NCBI GenBank assembly: GCA_963732015.1
Contig: CAVSXY010000013.1
Location: 3,662 to 67,661 of the forward strand
DNA length: 64,000 nt
Direction: 5' to 3'
From: an uncultured Alphaproteobacteria bacterium
Lineage (GTDB): Bacteria; Pseudomonadota; Alphaproteobacteria; Rhizobiales; Xanthobacteraceae
Each line of letters begins with the position of its first letter. The stretch's first letter is position 1. The position numbers and the translations under genes are program-made. The notes beneath the pieces were generated by a model. The model had not been told where the DNA came from. It worked only from the letters and a program-made list of their open reading frames with translations, and did no database searches. Positions 31,720 to 41,316 of this stretch are shown piece by piece.

Positions 31720-31948
31720 TCGATTTGGGCCAATTGCAGGACTGGGCGAATACGCTCCCGCCAGCCGAGAAGGAGAAGGCGGCAAAGCTGTTGCAATAGG
31801 TCGGGATCGATCTGTCGCAGTTCGGCAGTGGCGGTTTCACCGGCGGGTCGCGATGATCGCCGCTTCTGCCCGGAACATCTGCGCCATGTCCGGCGCGAGT
31901 CCGCCAACGGTGGTTAGCAGACGTGAGTTGCCGAGAAAGAAGGCTCCG

Positions 31949-32251
31949 TCAAGCTTTAATGTCGACCGAATTGGAAGACTGCGGCGCGGCCGCGGTCTGC
32001 GTGGTTGTGCCCTGCGTCGACGAGCCAGTATTGCTCGTTGCCGACGCGGACGTTGTCGGTGCTGACGCGGAGCCGCCTTGCGGACTTGTTGTCTGTTCTG
32101 TCTGGCCCGACGCGTTTGTCGCCGATGGGGTGGACGTCCCCTGATTACCCACGGCAGCCTGATGAACTCCGTGCCGGTGGTGATGACGGTGATGTACTGC
32201 CGAAACTGTCACAGCATGCCCCCATGTGTGATCCGATGCTGGAGGAGGCAT
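31949..32251 (-). CDS. Doubtful low-complexity His-rich / Ser-Thr-Gln-rich ORF
   Basis: MPPPASDHTWGHAVTVSAVHHRHHHRHGVHQ...TSTPSATNASGQTEQTTSPQGGSASAPTTSASATSNTGSS... Third-position GC is visibly weaker than in neighbouring genes. No signal peptide. All three frames are open here. Confidence 0.2.
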   Translation of the reverse strand: MPPPASDHTWGHAVTVSAVHHRHHHRHGVHQAAVGNQGTSTPSATNASGQTEQTTSPQGGSASAPTTSASATSNTGSSTQGTTTQTAAAPQSSNSVDIKA

Positions 32252-32297
32252 AAGCGATTGTTATTAAGGCAATTCGTAGAGATATGTTTAATCAAAT

Positions 32298-33073
32298 CTA
32301 AAATGTGAAAAGAACAGAGGCGTACCAGTTCAGCCTGTCCGTCGCGTCGGTGTTTTGAATGCCGCGCCCGATATAGCCGAGCAGATGATAGTGGTCGTTT
32401 ATGTCGTATATGACACCCGTGCCACCGACGTCGTCGGTAGTCCGCCGCGTGTATCGGGCGTCTGATGAAAGAGCTCCAGCCCCACCTGCAGGTTGGATAG
32501 AATCTTGCGGGTGACGACGATGCCGCCCTCGCAGAAATTCTGCGAGTCACCGCCTCTGTTGATCTCGCAGCCGCCACCGCCAAAGGCGGTCCAATCGCCC
32601 CAATCTTTTTGCATCCAGATTGGAAACAGGTAAGAGGCATGCTGCTCGCCGACGATCGGCGACGCACTCGGCAAAAAGACGCGCGGAAAAACCGCGACAT
32701 CCAAGCCAACCATGTCCTGAGTGAGAAAACGATATTTGGCGGCAAGCTCGACATTGCCAACGCCGCCCACGAATGGGCCGTCCGCCGGAACATTGTAGGC
32801 AACCGGCAGCGTTGCTGTGAGCTGCAGATTTGGTGCTCCGCCGTAATTGAAATCGATGCCGGTCTCGCCGCTGGTGCCGTCGCGCGCCGTCATTCCATTC
32901 GAGAACGCGTATATCTCGTAGTGCCGATAATCGGTCGGCTCAGGATCATCCGAAAGGTAAGGTGGTCCTGCAAATGCCGGACCGGCGAAGGCGTTCAACA
33001 GCGCCGTGACGCACATCCAGCGACGAGCCGCCGCTGCTCGAAGAAGATACGTGAACTCAGCCCATGGCGGCAT
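32298..33073 (-). pseudogene. Outer-membrane beta-barrel of the 'MetA-pathway of phenol degradation'-like transporter type, one frameshift near 32440
   Basis: Signal ...VTALLNAFAGPAFA, then GPPYLSDDPEPTDYRHYEIYAFSNG...GIDFNYGGAPNLQLTA... The C-terminus is recovered in another frame: DDVGGTGVIYDINDHYHLLGYIGRGIQNTDATDRLNWYASVLFTF (terminal Phe). Confidence 0.65.
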
Positions 33074-33262
33074 GATGGTGGACCGTCTGCCCCGGAATGC
33101 GCACCCACGGTACACAATGAGGCACTCGGGTGTCTCGCCCTTTGATCGAACCCCGGTTGGAGGGTTTCTGAATCTGTGCGTCGTTGCAGCGTGATTGTTG
33201 AGAGGCCTCATTTCAGGCCCTACATTGTCCGGCCGCACGAGACTTAAATCTGGTTGGTGTGA

Positions 33263-34021
33263 ATGACGCCTTCGCTCGAAAAGACCGCAACAAAGATCCC
33301 CGAAGTCACCATTGGTTTTTGGATCATCAAGATCGCCGCCACCACCCTGGGCGAGACCGGCGGCGACACCGTCACCATGACGTTGAACTGGGGTTATCTT
33401 GTCGGCACTGCGATTTTCTTCACCCTGCTTGTCGTTCTCGTGATCTGGCAAATATCCATCAAAACGTTTCATCCTTTCCTGTACTGGGCCACGATCGTCG
33501 CCTCGACCACCGCCGGGACCACGATGGCCGATTTTGCCGATCGGTCTCTCGGGATTGGATATGCCGGAGGTACAACGCTCCTCTTTAGCTGCCTCATGGC
33601 GGTGCTGGGCGGTTGGTATTGGACGGAGGGAAGCATTTCGGTTCGCACCGTATCGACGCCGCGCGTCGAGGCGTTCTATTGGGCGGCCATTACATTCTCT
33701 CAGACGTTGGGGACCGCACTCGGCGATTGGATGGCCGACGACACCGGGCTTGGTTACGACGGCGGCGCTATTGTCTTTGCCCTCGGGCTCGCCGTCATCG
33801 CAGGCGCTTATCTTTGGACGAATATCTCCCGAGTCGTCCTGTTCTGGGCCGCCTTTATTCTCACAAGGCCGCTCGGTGCGACGGTCGGGGACTTCCTGGA
33901 TAAACCAGTGAGCGACGGGGGACTCGCGCTGAGCCGGCCGATAGCGTCCGCTGTGATCGCAGCCTTCATCCTCGTTTGTCTCCTGGTGCTCCCTCAGCGG
34001 GCCGGCCAGCACCCGAGCTGA
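33263..34021 (+). CDS. COG4705-like membrane-anchored protein with four internal repeats
   Basis: The repeats are WIIKIAATTLGETGGDTVT / WATIVASTTAGTTMADFADR / WAAITFSQTLGTALGDWMAD / WAAFILTRPLGATVGDFLDK. Confidence 0.7.
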   Translation: MTPSLEKTATKIPEVTIGFWIIKIAATTLGETGGDTVTMTLNWGYLVGTAIFFTLLVVLVIWQISIKTFHPFLYWATIVASTTAGTTMADFADRSLGIGYAGGTTLLFSCLMAVLGGWYWTEGSISVRTVSTPRVEAFYWAAITFSQTLGTALGDWMADDTGLGYDGGAIVFALGLAVIAGAYLWTNISRVVLFWAAFILTRPLGATVGDFLDKPVSDGGLALSRPIASAVIAAFILVCLLVLPQRAGQHPS

Positions 34022-34206
34022 TTGGAATCGGCAGTGCCGGCCGCGTCCGCGCGCCTGAGCCGAAAGCGCACGCGCGCTCTTTAGATTTCATAAAAAGAAA
34101 GGCCGGGCGGCCGCGGCATCTGATATGAGTGGTCCTGCCGCACGGTCGGCGGGGCTTTTGCCTTGTGAGTAGGCTTGCCGCAACTCAGGCCACGACGGTA
34201 ATCTCC

Positions 34207-34509
34207 ATGAGTGTCCGTGATGGCTTCGCACAGTATCGTTTTCCCTGGACCCTGGCTTCAGCTGGGGCGCTTCCTGACCTGACAGCGGCGGCGCAAATGC
34301 TGCGAGACCCAGTCAAAGAGACGATGTGCAGAGCATTCAGAAAGGGTCACCGCTGGGAAGCAGCGTCAGCCCGTCGCGAACGCCACCATCAGGCTCTCGC
34401 CTTAGCCCTGGGCTACATCGCTCCCGGCCCTAAGAACACCTTTATCCTGACCGAGTTGGGCTGGGAAAAATGCCGGCACGTTCTTTCGGAGATTGAGGGC
34501 CTCAATTAG
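34207..34509 (+). CDS. Hypothetical protein
   Basis: ORF with no recognisable motif. The start is chosen at MSVRDGFAQ. Confidence 0.3.
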   Translation: MSVRDGFAQYRFPWTLASAGALPDLTAAAQMLRDPVKETMCRAFRKGHRWEAASARRERHHQALALALGYIAPGPKNTFILTELGWEKCRHVLSEIEGLN

Positions 34510-34638
34510 TTGGCCCGCGCCTGTCAGGCGATCGGGCGCTCCCCTCCTTCGGACACTCCGCGTCCTCGCTCTGCGCGACGGCTGCGACCGCTTGAGGCTC
34601 GCTATGTGCTAAACTTCGGCGCCAGGCCGGAGACCTCC

Positions 34639-35626
34639 ATGAGGCAACGCGATTTCGTTACGCTTTTGACCGGCGCTTCCGCTTGGCCGTTCGCCGCGCG
34701 GGCGCAGCAGCCGAGCCGCATACGGCGCATCGGCGCTCTGATGTCGACGGCGGCAGACGATCCACTTGGGCAGGCTTGGCGCACGGCGTTCCAACAAGGA
34801 TTGAAGCAATTCGGCTGGGACGATCGCAATACGCAGATCGATTGTCGCTGGGGTGCGAGCGACCGTGAACTGTTTCGCAAATACGCCGCCGAATTGGTCG
34901 CGTTGGGGCCGGATGTCATCCTAGGCACGGCGGCGTCAATCGTCGCCGACTTGCATCAGGCGAGCTCCACCGTCCCCATTGTGTTTGTGACAACGATCGA
35001 TCCGGTCGGCAGCGGTCTCGTCGCGAGCCTCGCGCGGCCAGGCGGCAACGCGACGGGCTTTACCCCGTTCGAGTTCAGCTTGAGCGCAAAGCTCTTGGAA
35101 TTGCTCAAACAGATCGCGCCCTCCGTGAACTCGCGTGGCTGTCGTTCGCGATCCGTCGGTGCCGGCCGGATCAGGAGGATTTGCCGCAATTCAGACCGCG
35201 GCGCCGTCGCTCAACGTGGAACTGACGCCGATTGGCGTTCGCTCCGCCGACGAGATCGAGCGCGGGCTGACGGATTTCGCGCTCAAGCCGAATGGCGGAC
35301 TGATCGTTGTCGGTCCACCATCGTCGCTGCAGCCGCATCGTCAGTTGATCGCCACGCTGGCAACTCGCCTGCACTTGCCCGCTGTCTACGCCACCCTCAC
35401 CTTCGTGGACGCAGGCGGTCTCATCTCCTATGGCGAAGACAGCGTCGATCAATACCGGCGCGCCGCCGAATACGTCGACCGCATCCTGAAAGGCGAAAAG
35501 TCGGCCGACCTTCCGGTGCGGGCGCCGACCAAATACCGTCTGATCGTCAATCTCAAGACCGCAAAGGCCATCGGCCTGACGCCGCCGACCGCCCTGCTCG
35601 CCACTGCCGACGAGGTGATTGAATAG
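34639..35626 (+). pseudogene. PF04392-type periplasmic binding protein paralog, one frameshift near 35130
   Basis: MRQRDFVTLLTGASAWPFAARAQQ...ARPGGNATGF...LLELLKQIAP / ...AVVRDPSVPAGSGGFAAIQTAAPSLNVEL...LISYGEDS...LLATADEVIE. Confidence 0.8.
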
Positions 35627-35696
35627 GCGTACTTCGCGGCAACGAAAAAACATCGAGCTGTCGCGCGGCGCCTTGTGAGCGGACTGGAGAGCAAGC

Positions 35697-36089
35697 GTGT
35701 TGACCGAGCAAGCCCATATCTTTGTTGATCAACTTGCCAAAGGGCTCGAACTTGTCGGGGTGGCCATCATCATCGTCGGGATTATCTTGGGCACCGTTTC
35801 ATTCTTGCGCGACGGTGTACGCACGAGCGACTGGCGTTCCGCATACCCCCGTTACCGTTCCGACATAGGGCGCGGCATCCTGCTCGGACTCGAATTGCTC
35901 GTCGGCGCCGACATTATTTCAACGATCACCGCTCCGCTGACGTTTGAGAGCGTCGGGCTCTTGGCCGCAATCGTCGTCATCCGTACCTTCCTTAGTTTCT
36001 CGCTGGAAACTGAAATTGAGGGGTGTTGGCCCTGGCAGCGCGCCATCAAAGATGCTACTTCGCGGACCGACACTGGATCGGACCGCTAG
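35697..36089 (+). CDS. DUF1622-type small membrane protein
   Basis: ...VGVAIIIVGIILGTVSFL...GRGILLGLELLVGADIISTI...VIRTFLSFSLETE. Confidence 0.7.
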   Translation: MLTEQAHIFVDQLAKGLELVGVAIIIVGIILGTVSFLRDGVRTSDWRSAYPRYRSDIGRGILLGLELLVGADIISTITAPLTFESVGLLAAIVVIRTFLSFSLETEIEGCWPWQRAIKDATSRTDTGSDR

Positions 36090-36201
36090 GACAGGCGGAA
36101 TCTCATACGGGAAGTCGCCACAAACAGATACCGCTGCGCAATTGTCCCGCCGCGCCAATCGCCCCTATAGTAGCGTCGTGGATCCACCCAACCCTTCGGC
36201 A

Positions 36202-37060
36202 ATGCCCACCGCCGCGAGCCGCGCGCCGATCCATATCGCCGCCGCCGGCATTATGGTGCGCGATCTCGATCGCCTCACCGCCTACTACCGCGACGCGCTC
36301 CGTTTGACCGTTCAGGAGCACACCCGGGAACGCGCGATCCTCGGCGTTGGCGGCGCGGCGCTGCTCGAGCTGATCGCGAGACCGGACGCCTTACCCGACA
36401 ATCCATCCGACGCCGGCCTTTATCACACCGCGTTCCTGATGCCGACACGCGCGGATCTGGCGCGCTGGATTTTGCATACGGCGAAGAATCGTGTGCCCAT
36501 CAGCGGCGCCGCCGATCATGACGTCAGCGAAGCGATTTACCTCGACGATCCGGAAGGCAACGGTGTCGAAGTCTATTCCGACCGACCGCGCGAGGCGTGG
36601 CGTCGCGACGGCCAATTGATCTTTCAGAAAACCGATCCGCTCGACATCGACGCCATCGTCCGCACCGTCGATCCGGCGACCGCAACTTATCCCGGTGCAC
36701 CCGACGGATTGCGCATCGGCCATATCCATCTTCGCGTCGGCAGCATCGCCACAGCGGAAACTTTTTATGGCGGGGTCCTTGGCCTCGACGTGACGCGCCG
36801 CCGCAACGGAGCGACGTTTTTGTCCTCAGGCGGCTATCACCATCATGTTGCTGTCAACGTCTGGCACAGCAATGGCTCGGGCATTCGCAACGGTAAGCGC
36901 GCGGGCCTCGATTGGTGTGCGATGGAAATCAACGATGAGCCCACGCTCGACGGCGTGAAAAAGCGTCTCGACGCGGCAGGTGTAACGGTCAGTGAAATTC
37001 CGGGCGGCTTTGCCGCGAAAGACCCGTGGGGCACCCCGATCCGTTTCACCATGACCCTTG
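36202..37060 (+). pseudogene. Two-domain VOC/glyoxalase (extradiol dioxygenase-like) protein. The natural stop is missing; the frame runs on to 37347.
   Basis: MPTAASRAPIHIAAAGIMVRDLDRLTAYYRDALRL...GLYHTAFLMP...EAIYLDDPEGNGVEVY...IGHIHLRVGS...GGYHHHVAVNVW...KDPWGTPIRF. After about 37060 the frame turns into Arg-rich nonsense that overlaps the next gene. The end coordinate is approximate. Confidence 0.65.
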
Positions 37061-37096
37061 AGGCCGTGCGCCGTTTACCGCAGCGGTGTGACGACG

Positions 37097-37819
37097 ATGA
37101 CGAAAGAGCCGGAGCAGTTGCACGTTCTGATATCCGGCGGGTTCAGCGGCGCCTACGAACGGCTGTTACCGGAATTCCAGCGCACGAGCGGCATCAAGGT
37201 CACGACCGGATCCGGCGCGTCACAGGGCGCGGGGCCGCAAACGATCGCCGCGCAGCTCGCCTGCGGGGTGCGTGCCGACGTGGTGATCCTCTCCAGGGAG
37301 GGCCTCAGCGAACTGATCGCCGCAAAGAAAATCGTCGCTGGAACTGACATCGATCTTGCACAAGTTCCGCTGGGCGTGGCGGTGCGGGCCGGAACGCCAA
37401 AGCCCGACGTCAGCACCGTCGAGGCCTTCAAACAGATCGTGCTCAAGGCAAAGACGGTTGCAATGCCCGAAAGCACGAGCGGCATCTGGCTGATCGCCGA
37501 TCTGTTTCCGCGCCTCGGCATCGCCGGCAAGGTCAACGCCAAGGCGGCCCCGCGCGGCTCGGACGCAACCGCCATGGTCGCCGCAGGAGGCGCGGACCTT
37601 GCCGTGATGCCGGTCAGTGAAATCGTGCACGCAACAGGCGTCGACTTTGCCGGCAGCATCGCTCCGGAGATCCAGTTCGTTCAGGTGTTCTCAGCCGCCG
37701 TCGTGGCTGACTCGGGCGCGGTGGAAGGGGCGAAGCGGTTGATCGAATTTCTATCCTCCGCGCGCGCGGCTGAGGCGATCACCAACAGCGGGATGGAGCC
37801 GCTCACGACCTCAAGCTAG
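37097..37819 (+). CDS. ModA-like (type II periplasmic-binding-fold) substrate-binding domain protein without a signal peptide
   Basis: MTKEPEQLHVLISGGFSGAYERLLPEFQRTSGIKVTT...ADVVILSREG...ADLAVMPVSEI. Confidence 0.6.
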   Translation: MTKEPEQLHVLISGGFSGAYERLLPEFQRTSGIKVTTGSGASQGAGPQTIAAQLACGVRADVVILSREGLSELIAAKKIVAGTDIDLAQVPLGVAVRAGTPKPDVSTVEAFKQIVLKAKTVAMPESTSGIWLIADLFPRLGIAGKVNAKAAPRGSDATAMVAAGGADLAVMPVSEIVHATGVDFAGSIAPEIQFVQVFSAAVVADSGAVEGAKRLIEFLSSARAAEAITNSGMEPLTTSS

Positions 37820-37830
37820 GGGCAAGACGC

Positions 37831-38799
37831 ATGCGTACACGATTTGCCGCCATTGCAGCTTTACTCACGGTCTGCTCATCCGCCGCGGCGCAGGACGAGC
37901 CTTATCCCGCGCGTCAGGTGCGCTTGATCGTGTCGTCGCAGCCGGGCGGCAATCCCGATGTGTTTGGGCGATTGCTCACCGACCGGATGACCGGCGACCC
38001 CGGCAAGGCTGTCATCGTCGAGAACGTGACGGGTGCAGGCGGCGCGCTCTCCGTGATGACCGGCGCCAAGGCGCCGCCGGACGGATACACATTGTTGTTC
38101 GGCGATACCGGCACGATGGTGATCAACCCGCTGCTCAAGCCCGATATCGGCTATGATCCCCTAAGGGATTTTCTGCCGATTACGGCGCTCGTTGCGTTGC
38201 CTACCATTCTGGTCGCCAATCCGAAAGTGCCGGCATCCACGCTTTCGGAATTCATCGCGCTCGCCAAAAGCGAGCCCGGCAGGATCACCTATGGCTCGGC
38301 GGGCGTCGGATCGATTCATCACATGACCATGGCGATTTTCGCCGATCTGACTGGGATCGATGTCGTCCACGCGCCGTATCGCGCCGGCACCGCGATGGTG
38401 AACGGGCTCCTCACCGGCGAAATCCAGGCCGGCTGGTCCGGAATTCCCAACGTCCAGGCCTTGATCGAAAGCGGACAGCTGCGCGCCTATTGCATCAGCG
38501 TCCTGCGGCGTTCGGAGTCGACGCCGCAGATTCCGACCTGCGACGAACTCGGCTTCAAGGGCTTCGACGTGGCTACCGTGATGGGTCTCTTCGCGCCGGC
38601 GGGAACATCGCCGAAGATCGCCGCGCGCCTGCAGAGCGAAGTCGCCAGGGTCATGCGCGATCCGGCGTTGATCGCTCGCATGAATCAGCTCGGCATGATC
38701 GCGCTAGAAAGCGCCGCCGGGAATTATGCGGACTTCATCAAGGCCGAGTTCGAACGCTATGGCGCGATCGTCCATAAACTGAACCTGCAGACCAAATAA
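37831..38799 (+). CDS. TctC/Bug-family binding protein
   Basis: Signal peptide, then YPARQVRLIVSSQPGGNPDVFGRLLTDRM. The 322-aa frame is intact. Confidence 0.85.
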   Translation: MRTRFAAIAALLTVCSSAAAQDEPYPARQVRLIVSSQPGGNPDVFGRLLTDRMTGDPGKAVIVENVTGAGGALSVMTGAKAPPDGYTLLFGDTGTMVINPLLKPDIGYDPLRDFLPITALVALPTILVANPKVPASTLSEFIALAKSEPGRITYGSAGVGSIHHMTMAIFADLTGIDVVHAPYRAGTAMVNGLLTGEIQAGWSGIPNVQALIESGQLRAYCISVLRRSESTPQIPTCDELGFKGFDVATVMGLFAPAGTSPKIAARLQSEVARVMRDPALIARMNQLGMIALESAAGNYADFIKAEFERYGAIVHKLNLQTK

Positions 38800-38835
38800 A
38801 CGCACGGCCGCAATTCAGTTGATGCGCGCCGAGAT

Positions 38836-39692
38836 TTAGTGCGCCAGGAAATCAATCGCCCCGCCGGCCGCAAGCGCGACGAACGACAGAAGCGTCATCA
38901 CCGGCACCGGAGGCCGGGTCGGCCCGCCCATCGCCATCGAACCACCCATGGATGCGCGAGAACCGGCATGCTGCATGCCGGCCATCTACCGTCCATGCCG
39001 CCATGCGCGGCGTGGCCGTCTGAACCGGCCGCGGCGCCCGCCGGGCGCACGGTCATCATGCCGTGCTTGAGATGGTTGGCGACCAGCCACCAGTTCATCC
39101 GATAGGCGACAATGAAGCCGATCAAGAGCCCCATCGACATCACGAACCAGAAATAGGGCGTCGCCGGATTGCCTGCGGAGGGAATGTACTTCCGCAGAAT
39201 CATCACGGCCGGAATCATGCCGGCCATCAGAAGATTCATCGACAGCAGTTCAGGCGCGAACGTGTTGGCAAGCGCCTTACGGTAGGAGCCTCCGGCGGAG
39301 TCGCGCATGAACAGCGCCTGGAAGATCGTCCAGCCGAAGCCAAAACCCAGCACGTATTCGATGACCACCTCGATCAACCCGGCAAGGCCGAGAACGCTCG
39401 ACAGCACCGCGCCGGCCAAAATCCCGACGCCGTCGCCGGCGACGCAGTGCATGGTCGATCCCAGCGTCTGCCGCCAGCGCGCGGCCGTGTAGCGCTCGTG
39501 TGTTCCGGGCAGCGGCTCGCGGCAGCCGAGGACGTAAAGGAACGCGCCGACCACGCCCGTGTAGGCGGTCAACAACACGAAACCCCATTTCGATACAGGC
39601 GATTCTGGCGTGCTGCGAATGTCGATCGCGACGAACAGCACGGCCGCGGCTGTCAGCAGAAACCACAGCAACATTACGCCTTCCAGCATCAT
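38836..39692 (-). pseudogene. DUF4396-type membrane protein, one frameshift near 38985
   Basis: ...MHCVAGDGVGILAGAVL...NWWLVANHLKHGMMTVRP... The C-terminus is recovered in another frame: MAGMQHAGSRASMGGSMAMGGPTRPPVPVMTLLSFVALAAGGAIDFLAH, with TAA at 38836-38838. Confidence 0.7.
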
Positions 39693-40314
39693 CTGACTTC
39701 GATTCTTGAGAAGTCGATTCGCAATTTCACATGAGCGAAGGGCATAATCTGCAGCCCTTTCAGTGAAACAGCGATGACGCCCGAGCGCCGGACAGCGTGC
39801 ACGATCCCCTGGCGAACGTACCGATCATGCGGTGCGACGTTACGCCCCCCACGATAAAAGCGGAACTCCGCGTTGCGGCGCCGGGACGAACTTGGAGACG
39901 CGCCCGCGGACCACCGTTCCAACGCAAAAAGACGGTCACGCAAAGCGGCAGCAATGAAGCTTTGGCGAGATAGAATGTGGCGGCCAGATGAATCTGCGTG
40001 TCATCGCCGCGCGCGCCGCCCAAAAGCTTCGGCGCATGAGCACGTTATTTCAAACGCGCTAATTGTGTTGCTGATCACACCGGCGATTGCTGGCAACTGC
40101 TTAACACACTGTCCGCGGCATTCAGCAGGTGCGCGAAACCATGAGTGAGACGATGATCGATCGGTATTTGAATGAGGATGAGATCCTCGCGATATCGCTG
40201 ACACGCAGAGTGGGTTCCGGTGCGTCGACCTGAACCGAATATCGCATTCAGCGAGCAGCCTGACGTCCTACGGCCGATCAGGTTTGGCGTGGTCCTTTTT
40301 GCCGGGGGCGGCAC

Positions 40315-41301
40315 ATGCGGAGACGCGAATTCTTAGCCTACGTTGGCAGCGCAGCAGCAGCGTGGCCGTATTCGGCGCGAGCGAGGCAGCCGCAAGGAAT
40401 GAAGCGCGTCGGAATCGTTATGGCCTACGCCCAGGGCGATCCGAATGGAGAACTGCAAGCAGCGGCTTTTCGGGAGCAGCTCAGGGCTTTTGGATGGATT
40501 GAAGGGACCAATATCCGATGCGATTTCCGTTATGGCGCAGATGGTCCCGACACCATCCGGGCACTGGCAAGGGAATTGCTGGAGCTCGGACCGAGCGTCA
40601 TGGTTGGCAATTCCAACTTGGTCACATCGATCCTCCAGTCGGAAGTGCGCACCATACCAATCGTGTTCGTCTCGGTTTCCGACCCGATCGGCAGCGGGTT
40701 TGTTAAGGACCTGGCGCGTCCGACCGGAAACATCACCGGATTTGCAAACTTTCAACCGACGATGGGAAGCAAATGGCTTGATCTGCTGCACCAAGTCACG
40801 CCCGGACTGCAGAACGTCGGGATGCTTTTCCATGTGGAACCGCCCAATATCTGTTACCTGCGGTCGGCGGAAGCCGCGGCGCCGGCGTTCAACATCGACA
40901 TCACCGGCTGGCCGGTTGAGGGCAGCGCCGACATTGAACGCGCGCTCGGCAGCTTCTGCGCACTGCCCAATAACGGTCTGATCGTTGCGCCGAATGTGGT
41001 CACGTTCGCCAACAGCGAACTCATCGTTGCGCTGGCGGAGCGTCACCACATCCCCGCCATCTACCCGTTTGCATTTTTTGCGAGAGCCGGCGGGCTGATG
41101 TCGTACGGGTTCGATGCGGTCGTGCAGTTTCAGCGCGGTGCCGAATACGTCGACAAACTGCTCAGAGGTGCAAAACCGACGGACCTGCCCGTGCAGTTTC
41201 CGACCAAATTCGACGTCGTCGTTAATCTGATGACCGCAAAGGCGCTCGGGATCAGAATCCCCGAATCGTTCCTGGCGCTCGCCGACGAGGTGATCGAATA
41301 G
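40315..41301 (+). CDS. PF04392-type periplasmic binding protein paralog
   Basis: MRRREFLAYVGSAAAAWPYSARARQ, ARPTGNITGF, LMSYG, ends FLALADEVIE. Confidence 0.85.
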   Translation: MRRREFLAYVGSAAAAWPYSARARQPQGMKRVGIVMAYAQGDPNGELQAAAFREQLRAFGWIEGTNIRCDFRYGADGPDTIRALARELLELGPSVMVGNSNLVTSILQSEVRTIPIVFVSVSDPIGSGFVKDLARPTGNITGFANFQPTMGSKWLDLLHQVTPGLQNVGMLFHVEPPNICYLRSAEAAAPAFNIDITGWPVEGSADIERALGSFCALPNNGLIVAPNVVTFANSELIVALAERHHIPAIYPFAFFARAGGLMSYGFDAVVQFQRGAEYVDKLLRGAKPTDLPVQFPTKFDVVVNLMTAKALGIRIPESFLALADEVIE

Positions 41302-41316
41302 CGAACATCGCGCCGC

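Noticed and set aside
31053-31907. 284-aa minus ORF taken at full length
   Set aside because: Only the last 113 codons (from MQKVPAALAVLASLAAPAFA) look like a protein. The upstream part is the antisense of the PF04392 signal-peptide remnant plus Arg-rich filler.
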